From a virus (Duplodnaviria > Caudoviricetes), in IMG/VR virus record IMGVR_UViG_2895778652_000001, positions 28,986 through 92,985 of that record: a DNA stretch of 64,000 nucleotides; one strand, given 5' to 3'. The notes beneath the pieces are model-generated. The model saw only the letters and a list, made by a program, of their open reading frames with translations. It was not told the DNA's origin and made no database searches. Numbering within the stretch: the stretch's first letter is position 1; each line of letters opens with the position of its first letter. Made by a program: the position numbers and the translations under genes. Below, in pieces: positions 19,125 to 27,014 of the stretch.

Positions 19125-20501
19125 ATGCCCGGAACATCCAATTGGGGGCCAGAAGAGGTTGACGCCGCTTTGAAGAAACGAGGCGCTGACGCCATTCTTG
19201 CCGTGCCACCGGGGCCAGGGCTGAAGCAAACCGCCGTCTGGGCGCGTGCGGCGCTAACTGCAAACCATCTACGCAAAATGCAGGAGGCCTGCCAGCGACT
19301 GGCTGTTTTCCAGACCCCCCTCGCCATGGGCCTGTCCGTTGCCATTACCAGCCAGGTGGGTGAACACGATGAGGCTCTGGACATGCCCATGCCCCGCGCC
19401 AGTTCTGCGCGCACCGATCAGGACGGGCTGGCATGGTTCTACTTGGGGCGCAGCTCCTCTCTGGCCGCTCTGGGCCGTCCTGGGGAAGCGCTGGTGGAAC
19501 TTGGGCGCGGCATTGCCGCCGCAGAGGCCGCAGGGCTGCCAGAGCGCGCCCAGCTCCTGCGGTTCCACGCGCGGGTGATTGAGGTGCGGCTCGGAATCGC
19601 GGTCCCTGAGATCATCCACCAGGACCTTGCTGAACCGATGGCCGAAGGCCGCAGGAGCTGGCACAGCGGAAATTACGCGGCTGCACTGTTGCAGCGGGGG
19701 GAGTACCGCCGCGCCTCACTGGCCTCAGAGGCTGGGAACATGTACCACACTGCCGCGCTGGCCTTGCAGGGCATCGACGGCGGCGATCATCTCCGCAGCG
19801 CTTCCCAGATCGCCGCCCGAACCTGGGCCAAAGCCTGGGCCGGGCAGACCGTCCCCCGCGTCTCTGATCTGGGCCACTCGCTGGTCGGCAGTTACGCCGT
19901 CCTGGCGCTGGCTCTTGATTACTCGCGCACGGTGACAGGGGCCAGGCTGGTGGGCGATCTGATCGGGGCGACACCTCCCCGGCAGGCGGACATGGCCGCG
20001 CTCTGGGCTGGAATCGGTCTTCAGGCCCTTGCGCGCGGCGGCACTGTCGCAGACCCCCTCAACACTGTCGCCACACTGTCTGACGCGCTGAGGCGACTGG
20101 GCAGCACAGATGACGTGCTGAGCATCATGACGCGGCTGATGCCAGAGGCGGTGGTGATTGCCAGCGTGGGACCAGGGGCACACCGGGAGATCGCGCTGGC
20201 TGCGAACACGCTGATGACGCGTTCAGGCTCCCCCACCACGGCGCAGGTGCTGGCTGCTTATGCCCAGCAGAACGTCCAGACGCGGCCAGGACGCGCACCC
20301 AACTTTGGGGCCATCCTGGTGGCCCTGGAACACCTGATTGAGACCGCCGCAGATCAGGAGCGGGTGGGCCTGGAACACCAGTGGAGAATGGCGCGGGAGG
20401 CCGTCCTGTTTGAGCATGGGGGCCGGTGGGCGCTGCCAGGGGCAATCACAGGAACTTACCATTGCGGACAGCCCTCCAGTGGCCGCACACTGGAGGCATG
20501 A
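19125..20501 (+). CDS. TPR-like all-helical protein, candidate peptide receptor
   Basis: AGGAG SD; TPR-like helices (AWFYLGRSSSLAALGRPGEALVEL; YAAALLQRGEYRRA); stop overlaps the start of a secreted peptide gene. Confidence 0.7.
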   Translation: MPGTSNWGPEEVDAALKKRGADAILAVPPGPGLKQTAVWARAALTANHLRKMQEACQRLAVFQTPLAMGLSVAITSQVGEHDEALDMPMPRASSARTDQDGLAWFYLGRSSSLAALGRPGEALVELGRGIAAAEAAGLPERAQLLRFHARVIEVRLGIAVPEIIHQDLAEPMAEGRRSWHSGNYAAALLQRGEYRRASLASEAGNMYHTAALALQGIDGGDHLRSASQIAARTWAKAWAGQTVPRVSDLGHSLVGSYAVLALALDYSRTVTGARLVGDLIGATPPRQADMAALWAGIGLQALARGGTVADPLNTVATLSDALRRLGSTDDVLSIMTRLMPEAVVIASVGPGAHREIALAANTLMTRSGSPTTAQVLAAYAQQNVQTRPGRAPNFGAILVALEHLIETAADQERVGLEHQWRMAREAVLFEHGGRWALPGAITGTYHCGQPSSGRTLEA

Positions 20502-20632
20502 AAAAATTACTGCTAACGGTCCTCTGTCTGATCCTGGCGACTGCTCCTGCTGGTGCAATCAAACTGAAGGGCAGTGATGGGTCACAGGGCAGCCCTTCCA
20601 GGATCGGCAACGATCCCTGCCACGGCTGCTGA
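20498..20632 (+). CDS. 44-aa secreted propeptide MKKLLLTVLCLILATAPAGA|IKLKGSDGSQGSPSRIGNDPCHGC
   Basis: KK + hydrophobic core + A-G-A signal peptidase I site; ATGA overlap; CACACT-N6-ATG leaderless-type start; terminal CxxC. Confidence 0.75.
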   Translation: MKKLLLTVLCLILATAPAGAIKLKGSDGSQGSPSRIGNDPCHGC

Positions 20633-20635
20633 GTC

Positions 20636-21199
20636 TTACTTTTCTTTGAACGCGGCCAGCGCGCCGACCAACTGACCCATAACCCGGCCCCGGCCAGCAG
20701 CAAGCTGCGCGGGCAGTGCGAACAATCTGCCGTCGTCCAGTTCGGTGATGACGATTCCTTCCAGAGTGCTGTCTGGGTCAATTTGGACAATATGCCCGGC
20801 AGGAACTGTCCACTCTCCGTGGAGAGGACTTTTTAATTCCAACTCGATGAGGTTACGAGAATCCTCACCGTGCCCCCAGGGCTTTGGCCGGAACGTCCTG
20901 AAAGACCGCTGCTGCGGCAGAGGGATGTGGAACAACTTCCACGCCTCTTTGTCGGTAATTCCGAGCGTGCCTATGAAACGCTCAGCGGTGGCCTGCCGCA
21001 TGCGGGCAATGTCCAGCTCCCCGGTGATGTACATGCCGAGGGTGCTGAGCGCGATATTGGATTTCTTTGCGAAGTCCTCTAGGAAAATCTCTCTGGAATC
21101 CAGAATGTGCTGAAACACTTGCCCGCGATGCTGAGCCGTCTCAACACTCTCTGGGAGTGGAGTTGCGCGGCGTCGCGTGTAGCGTTTTGTGTCAGTCAT
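20636..21199 (-). CDS. CI-like phage repressor (XRE HTH + degenerate S24-like C-terminal domain)
   Basis: LEDFAKKSNIALSTLGMYITG HTH; divergent from cro-like gene across operator-bearing promoters. Confidence 0.75.
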   Translation of the reverse strand: MTDTKRYTRRRATPLPESVETAQHRGQVFQHILDSREIFLEDFAKKSNIALSTLGMYITGELDIARMRQATAERFIGTLGITDKEAWKLFHIPLPQQRSFRTFRPKPWGHGEDSRNLIELELKSPLHGEWTVPAGHIVQIDPDSTLEGIVITELDDGRLFALPAQLAAGRGRVMGQLVGALAAFKEK

Positions 21200-21216
21200 A
21201 GCACTTCCTATCTGCA

Positions 21217-21246
21217 AGTTTACCAGTAGCTGGGAGAATTATACAA
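21217..21246 (-). promoter_or_regulatory. cI promoter TTGTAT-N18-TAAACT with operator CCAGTAGCTGG in the spacer
   Basis: Same promoter/operator architecture as 19014-19043. Confidence 0.6.
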
Positions 21247-21354
21247 GGGTCCATGTGAAGTAAACCCCGTTGCCAGCGCAAAAATACGCGGCAAGCTAAG
21301 TGTTCTGATCGGTATTAGCCACAAGCTGATTAAGTGGTGGCGCGTTTCACCGTC

Positions 21355-21406
21355 TTCCAAAAATCCCCAGTTAGTGGTATTTTGTTGTCATGATTTCAGT
21401 AGCTGG
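21355..21406 (+). promoter_or_regulatory. cro promoter TTCCAA-N17-TATTTT (leaderless) with operators CCAGTTAGTGG and TCAGTAGCTGG
   Basis: One operator in the spacer, a second in the first cro codons. Confidence 0.6.
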
Positions 21407-21710
21407 TGAAAAGGTACGCGCTGCCCGCTTGGCGGCGGGTATCCGATCTGTCCAGGCAGCAGCCCGCGCAGCGCACTTGAACTACAAGACGATTGAGGCA
21501 TTTGAGGGGCGTGGCGACGCCAAGGTACCCACCAATCCAAAAATGGAAACCCTGCTCGCGCTGGCTGCTGCCTACGGCTGTAGCCCACGCGATTTTACCG
21601 AGAACCCCGAGGAGTGGGATCGTGCAGCCCAAGCACTGGGGCTGCCAGCCACTCTTGGCGCAGTCGTAGGAGGTCAGTACATAGAACCCGCCCTCAACCC
21701 CACGTCCTAA
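21390..21710 (+). CDS. Cro-like XRE HTH regulator
   Basis: GEKVRAARLAAG..SVQAAARAAHLNYKTIEAFEG..NPKMETLLALAAAYG. Confidence 0.85.
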   Translation: MISVAGEKVRAARLAAGIRSVQAAARAAHLNYKTIEAFEGRGDAKVPTNPKMETLLALAAAYGCSPRDFTENPEEWDRAAQALGLPATLGAVVGGQYIEPALNPTS

Positions 21711-21762
21711 AAAAGAAGTTGCCCCAGGGGTCAGATCCCAGGGGCGTTTTGGAGGTTCTCGT

Positions 21763-22470
21763 ATGACCAGCATTGTAGCAGTTCAAGAATTCCAGGGCGA
21801 GGCACGGGCGGACAGCCGCCATCTCGCTGCCCGCATGGAAAACAAGCACAAAAGCCTGATGAGTCTCATTGATGATTATGCCGAGGATTTTAGTCGCCTT
21901 GGACACCTGCGATTTGAAATGGAGACTGTTAAAAACAGCGTTGGAGCCGCAAATAAATCCCGTCATGCCCTCCTGAACGAAGACCAGTGCTACTTCCTCC
22001 TGACTCTGGTTCGCAACAGCGACGCCACCGTCCCCATGAAGCGCGAGCTGGTCCAGGCGTTCGGGGAGTACCGCCGCCGCGTCGCCCTGGCCCCTGCGCC
22101 GATCCTGCCCACCGATCCTCTGGAACTGCTGGAGCTGAGCCTGCGCGGCATGAAGCAGACCCGTGAGGAGGTCCGGGTGTTGCAGGCCACCACCGCCGCG
22201 CTGGAGGTCCGACTGGACAATACGCCCATTGCCATGCACCCCGAGATGGAGGCCACCATCTACGCGCTGTGTCAGGAGCTGGCCCGCGTCATCCCCGGCG
22301 GGTACAGCGCCGCGTACCGGGCGTTCAAGAGCAAATTCGGGGAAGCGGGCCTGCCTCTGGCGAAATACACCAGTCTGCCCGCCCGCCGCTTCCCAGAGGG
22401 CTGTGGCTATCTGCGTGGCCTGATCGCGCAGCACAGCCAGGATGGCCGCTTGATTGAGGCGAGGGCATGA
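21763..22470 (+). CDS. Rha-family phage regulatory protein/antirepressor
   Basis: ADSRHLAARMENKHK, ALLNEDQCYFLLTL, KRELVQAF; C-terminal YRAFKSKFG...Y...LP. Confidence 0.85.
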   Translation: MTSIVAVQEFQGEARADSRHLAARMENKHKSLMSLIDDYAEDFSRLGHLRFEMETVKNSVGAANKSRHALLNEDQCYFLLTLVRNSDATVPMKRELVQAFGEYRRRVALAPAPILPTDPLELLELSLRGMKQTREEVRVLQATTAALEVRLDNTPIAMHPEMEATIYALCQELARVIPGGYSAAYRAFKSKFGEAGLPLAKYTSLPARRFPEGCGYLRGLIAQHSQDGRLIEARA

Positions 22471-22814
22471 GCCGCAACATTCCGGCTCCACATGGCCTGT
22501 TCCCAGACGCCGATCCCAGTCGCACCTACCCGCCTGAGCTGCTCGCCGCTGCCCAGCGCCCCATGTCGCCCCGCCCCTATCAGCCGCCCACGCTGGAAGA
22601 AGTGCAGGACGACGCGCAGCTCGAAGAACTGCGCCAGCTCCTGACCAAACTCCTGGCCTGCCGCGAACGGGTGGACCCGGCGGTGTTTGAGGCCGGATTT
22701 ATGGGCCTGGCCGTCAAGAACCTCGCGTATCACGCCCATGAACTGCTGGCCAAGTGGCTGGCCAGCAGCGCGCAGGCGGATGACCCGATGACGTTGGACG
22801 CGGCCAGCGCATGA
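22467..22814 (+). CDS. Hypothetical phage protein
   Basis: ATGA-coupled to Rha. Confidence 0.55.
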   Translation: MSRNIPAPHGLFPDADPSRTYPPELLAAAQRPMSPRPYQPPTLEEVQDDAQLEELRQLLTKLLACRERVDPAVFEAGFMGLAVKNLAYHAHELLAKWLASSAQADDPMTLDAASA

Positions 22815-22815
22815 G

Positions 22816-23331
22816 CTACATCCCTTTGATCAGCAGCTCGGCCAGCATGCCGCCAGTTTCCGTGCAGGTCATGCCCGCCTTGGCACCGCCTTCCTGCGCC
22901 GTGGCGAGCTGCCGCATCACGTCGGGTAGCGGCATATCGCGGCCTGATTCCCTGCGCACCATCTGCTGCAAGTTGACCACCAGGTCCGCGACGCTGACGT
23001 TCGCGGGTGGACACAGCGTCTGGAGGCGGGCGTACTGGCGGGTCAACTCGGGATCGTTCTCGCTGACGCCCGCCACGATGGCGAGGTTCTGGATATCCGT
23101 GCGCGCAGGTGGGGCAGCTCGCCACGGCGCAGGCGCTGCGGTGCGCCGGTCTGCCCCACTGGGCAACACCCCCAGGATGCCCAATCCCACAACAAACACG
23201 AGTGCGCCCACCACCACGCTCCTGAAGGTGCTGGCCATCGGTGGACGTGGCGTGCTGCGGCGGGCATGGACGGCGGCATACACCAGGGCCGCGCCCACGA
23301 TCAGGAACACGGCAGCCAAAAGAGTGGACAT
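22816..23331 (-). CDS. Two-TM membrane protein (moron-like, opposite strand)
   Basis: Two hydrophobic helices then a soluble domain with two Cys. Confidence 0.6.
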   Translation of the reverse strand: MSTLLAAVFLIVGAALVYAAVHARRSTPRPPMASTFRSVVVGALVFVVGLGILGVLPSGADRRTAAPAPWRAAPPARTDIQNLAIVAGVSENDPELTRQYARLQTLCPPANVSVADLVVNLQQMVRRESGRDMPLPDVMRQLATAQEGGAKAGMTCTETGGMLAELLIKGM

Positions 23332-23415
23332 GGGCCATTACACCACAGCCCCGCGCACTCGCTTTACGTAAACGACAGGCATCACTTCCCTCACCCACTC
23401 CCGGAGGTTCCGCCG

Positions 23416-23703
23416 ATGCAAGAGCTGATGAAAGGCCAGAAGTACACCATCACCGCCAACTCCGCCTGCGGAGACCGCAGTTACACCTGCGGCGTCCATA
23501 TCGTCACGGCGTTCAACGGCACCCACGTCCAGACCACCTACCACGACGACAATTTCGCGCCGCGCACGGTGATCCTCAACCGCCGTGAACACGTCTTCAG
23601 CCCCGCCGACGACTTTGCCCTGCCCACTGGCACGTTCAACCTCAAGGGCCTGGGCGATCTGCCCCTGCTTGATCCCGACACCACCACCGACGCCCTCAAC
23701 TGA
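23416..23703 (+). CDS. Hypothetical phage protein
   Basis: GGAGG SD. Confidence 0.55.
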   Translation: MQELMKGQKYTITANSACGDRSYTCGVHIVTAFNGTHVQTTYHDDNFAPRTVILNRREHVFSPADDFALPTGTFNLKGLGDLPLLDPDTTTDALN

Positions 23704-23721
23704 CCCCAGGAGGTCCAAGCC

Positions 23722-24009
23722 ATGCGCACCCGAACTGAACGCCGAGCCACCGCCAACGCCCGCCACATCGCCCCCGCTGGAGCCATGAGCATGGCCACCG
23801 AACGCCTGATCGAGCGCACGCCCGCCAAGCACCTCGCCGTGTACGCCAACCCCGGCACCAAACGCCCGCAGAACTTCCTGAACCACAGCGGCGCATTCAG
23901 CGTGGCGGGCCGCTCCGAGCAGATCGCGGCCTACGCAGGCGGGGCCATCATCGCCCACCTGCCCAGAAGCCAAGCCCACCGCCACCTTCCGCACATGAAG
24001 CGCCGCTGA
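23722..24009 (+). CDS. Hypothetical phage protein
   Basis: AGGAGG SD. Confidence 0.5.
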   Translation: MRTRTERRATANARHIAPAGAMSMATERLIERTPAKHLAVYANPGTKRPQNFLNHSGAFSVAGRSEQIAAYAGGAIIAHLPRSQAHRHLPHMKRR

Positions 24010-24200
24010 TGGACGCCCGCCTGCGCATGGGCGAACACGCCCGAGGGGATGACCTGCTTTTCCCGGCCCGCCAGACCACCGACACCGCCGATGTGCGCCC
24101 CACCTTCACCGCCCAGCGGGCCAGCACTGCCCAGGTCAAGGCCCAGGCCAAAACCCGCCGCAAGGCCAAGAAGGAAGCCCGCAAGAAGCAGCGCCGCTAA
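24009..24200 (+). CDS. Small basic protein
   Basis: TGATG overlap; K/R-rich tail. Confidence 0.45.
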   Translation: MDARLRMGEHARGDDLLFPARQTTDTADVRPTFTAQRASTAQVKAQAKTRRKAKKEARKKQRR

Positions 24201-24250
24201 ACACCCTCTCCACCTCCCCTCACGCCGCAGCCCGGCCCACTGGAGTCCTT

Positions 24251-24613
24251 ATGTCCGAGAAAGCCCCGCCCCTCACGCACGACACCATCGGAGAGCTGGA
24301 AGCTGGCGGTATCGGCTACGCGATCAACGCCGCCATTGAGGAAATGATGGCCGACTGCTCGCGCCGCCCCGGCCTGGAAAAGGCCCGCACGGTCACCATC
24401 ACCCTGAAGTTCAAACCCCGCGCCAGCACCCTGGATCAGGGCCGCGCCGGGCTGAACAGCGTGGGCGTCCTGGCCGACGTCAAGACCAGCTCGCCGCCAC
24501 GCGCCAGCAGCGGTGAATTCCTGAACGTCGCCGAGAGCATTGGCGCAGACGGCAAGCCCGTGATTCAGGCCACCTTCGCCCAGATGCCGCTGCTGCGTGC
24601 CGGGAGCAACTGA
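24251..24613 (+). CDS. YfdP-like phage protein
   Basis: KARTVTITLKFKP motif; paired with a DUF2303-like gene. Confidence 0.65.
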   Translation: MSEKAPPLTHDTIGELEAGGIGYAINAAIEEMMADCSRRPGLEKARTVTITLKFKPRASTLDQGRAGLNSVGVLADVKTSSPPRASSGEFLNVAESIGADGKPVIQATFAQMPLLRAGSN

Positions 24614-25398
24614 TGAGCCACCTCGACAGCACCGCCATTCAAGACGTTGAACGCCTGACCAAGGAAGCCAACGGCATCCTGATCGAAGATGCCCGCCCCG
24701 GCAGCACCCACCTGATCCGCAATCAAGAAGGGGAGCCTTACCTGTTCGTGGTGGAACTGGACCACCACAACACCACCGTGTTTGACCTGCCCAGCCTGAA
24801 AATCACTGCCGAGGCCAGCCACGAGGCCGGGGTGCTGGAGGCGATTTACGTCTCGGACGGCCAGATCGTGGCGCTATGCGAGGACGACGACATCGATCAG
24901 CGCTTTACCGCCGTGCTGAACCTGCCCCTGCACCCGGCCTTCGTGCGGGTGGCCTCGTGGAAGCAGCTCACCGCACTGACCCAGAAGGAACTGACCCGCC
25001 TGCTGCGCACCGAGTTGCGGGACCACGTGGATCCCACGGTGATCGACACATTCAGCGCCCTGAAGTTCACGAACAACCGGGAGCAGACCAGCGAGGTGCG
25101 CCCGGCCAGCAACGCCCTGGACAGCAGCATCCGCCAGAGCGTGGCAGACCGCAACGGGGGCAGCGCCCCGGAGGTCATCAAGCTCAACGTGCCCGTCTAC
25201 GACATCCCTGACGCGCGCGGTGACCTGTACGAGGTCAACGTCTACGTCGAATTCGATCACGACGCGGGCAAGTTCCTGCTGCTGACCGTCCACGGTGACC
25301 TGCGTGCGGCCCAGGAAGAGGCCGTCTCGGCCCTGATCGCGGATCTGAAGGACCACGCCCAGGCCCGCTGGCCCGTGTTGTACGGCAAGCCTTCCTAA
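24613..25398 (+). CDS. YfdQ/DUF2303-like phage protein
   Basis: HPAF..W...TQKEL, PEVIKLNVPVY, C-terminal PVLYGKP. Confidence 0.65.
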   Translation: MSHLDSTAIQDVERLTKEANGILIEDARPGSTHLIRNQEGEPYLFVVELDHHNTTVFDLPSLKITAEASHEAGVLEAIYVSDGQIVALCEDDDIDQRFTAVLNLPLHPAFVRVASWKQLTALTQKELTRLLRTELRDHVDPTVIDTFSALKFTNNREQTSEVRPASNALDSSIRQSVADRNGGSAPEVIKLNVPVYDIPDARGDLYEVNVYVEFDHDAGKFLLLTVHGDLRAAQEEAVSALIADLKDHAQARWPVLYGKPS

Positions 25399-25824
25399 CA
25401 CCTTCCCCGTGGATGGCCGTCCCACGTTAATCCCGGCCACCAAAGGTCCCACCGAGGACCGGGCAGCATGACAACATGAGCTTCAAGGCGTCCCAGCAGG
25501 ATAGGGACGCTGTGCAGGCCCCACCGGCTCAGCCGGAGCGGCGCGTGAAGACGGAAACCACTGCCCCGTGGCAGCAGGTCCGGCGAGACACGGCCAAAGG
25601 TCCCTGCACCCCTGAGAACCCGCGAACTCCCAGCCTCTTCCTCGGCGCTGGCCCGCGCGGGGCGTTTCCCTTGACGCGAGACAAGGAGGCCGCCAATCCC
25701 AGCCAGGGCGGTCGTCGCGGACTCTGCCGAGTTGACGGCATAGGCAGGCCCGCCGCACGGCCCACATGCCCGATTCCACGAAGACGCAATACCCACGCCT
25801 CAGCCTTTGCGCTGGGGCGGTGTC

Positions 25825-25900
25825 GGGAGCGAAACCCCAATGGATGGGGATAGGTCCGAGTGAAGACCGAAAACAGCGGGTTCGACTCCCGCCGCTCCCG
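25825..25900 (+). tRNA. tRNA-like cloverleaf (non-canonical, 8-nt anticodon loop)
   Basis: Acceptor GGGAGCG/CGCTCCC, D-stem CCCC/GGGG, GGTC/GACC arm, T-arm GCGGG-TTCGACT-CCCGC; no encoded CCA. Confidence 0.55.
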
Positions 25901-26611
25901 AATTCCAGCGCTGCGGAATTGACCGCAGGGCACCCGCCTCTGACAGAGTGACTGCTGAGGCACCACGCCCCTTACGGGGGGCGCACGCGCGTAGCAGGTC
26001 CGGCAGGCATTCCCGATCAGGAGGGCTTGAACCACCGGACTGGACGACAGGGAATTTCACGCCCTACCCCGTGACTGTGAGGCGCGTCATCCGGCGTTCG
26101 TGGAGGGCCACCGTCCGCCATTGGCTGCCCTGTTCCAAGTAGCGTCAGGGCGCTTCTTTCCGCTGCGCTGGATGTCCCTGGGCGTCCACTGCGGCTTTTC
26201 CCCACCCTCGGCCAGAACATCCGGCCATCAACCGCCAGCGTCAATTAAGACACTGGCTTAAAGGCGCAATGCGCCGCGCGTCCCGCGCTCGCCACACACC
26301 GCGACAGGGAGGCCCACCCGGCCAGCAGGGTGACGTTCGGCTCCGTTTGAGAGAAAACGGGCGACAGTCGGCATTCTCTGCCAGAGGCCAGGGCCGCGCG
26401 CCCCATGCGCGCACAGACCCTGCATTGCGTAGCAGCAAGCCCGGACAGGACAACACAGGTGGCCCTCTGCGCTGGACCTGTCCGGGCCTTACCGGCAGTC
26501 CCTGGTTGAGCCAGGAGCCGCCGAACCTCAGCCTCACCGGGAGGTCAAGCCCGGCCCGCCGCCGCAGTCTTTTGCACGGCGAAAGGAGATCCCATGAAGT
26601 AGTCCAGCGCT

Positions 26612-26697
26612 TGCGGGTGTGCCAGCAGAACGGCTAGCTGCTGGCCAATCACGGCGGACCCAGGTCCTTGCTGGTTCGAGTCCAGCGCCCGCCGCCA
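26612..26697 (+). tRNA. Degenerate class-II tRNA-like element ending in CCA
   Basis: GCGGGT/GCCCGC acceptor pairing, GGACC/GGTCC variable-like arm, T-arm GCTGG-TTCGAGT-CCAGC, 3' GCCA. Confidence 0.45.
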
Positions 26698-26711
26698 ACA
26701 AAGGAGTGTTC

Positions 26712-27014
26712 ATGCCAACAACCCCCCAAACTGTCCGCAACGCCAGAGACGCCGCCGCCATCACCCACGCGGCGCTGCGGGCTGAACCCGTCGCGGACGA
26801 ACTCACCCACGTCCTCCACGCCATCACCGTCCAGGCCGCTGACAAGAAGACGTGCCTGACCGATTACCTCATTCCGGCCCGCGTGCGCGTCCGGCTGGTG
26901 GAGGAGCTGCACGCGCTGCGGTTCGAGGCGTGGGCCAGCCTGCCCTTCCCCGAGGCCACCAAGGCGCGGCTGAACGTCAACTGGCCGGAAAACCCGGAGG
27001 CCCTGGATGTCTGA
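26712..27014 (+). CDS. Hypothetical phage protein
   Basis: AAGGAG SD. Confidence 0.6.
   Translation: MPTTPQTVRNARDAAAITHAALRAEPVADELTHVLHAITVQAADKKTCLTDYLIPARVRVRLVEELHALRFEAWASLPFPEATKARLNVNWPENPEALDV

Larger units (their letters stand above)
25399..26700 (+). ncRNA. Putative large structured non-coding RNA region
   Basis: 1.3 kb gap in an otherwise gene-dense genome with no convincing coupled ORF; many helices and two T-arm motifs. Confidence 0.5.

Noticed and set aside
25629-25652. HDV-like (theta) ribozyme suggested by CCCAGCCTCTTCCTCGGCGCTGG near a tRNA-like element
   Set aside because: I could not build P1/P2/P3 pairings or a J4/2 strand; it folds as a simple hairpin. A descriptor search would be needed.
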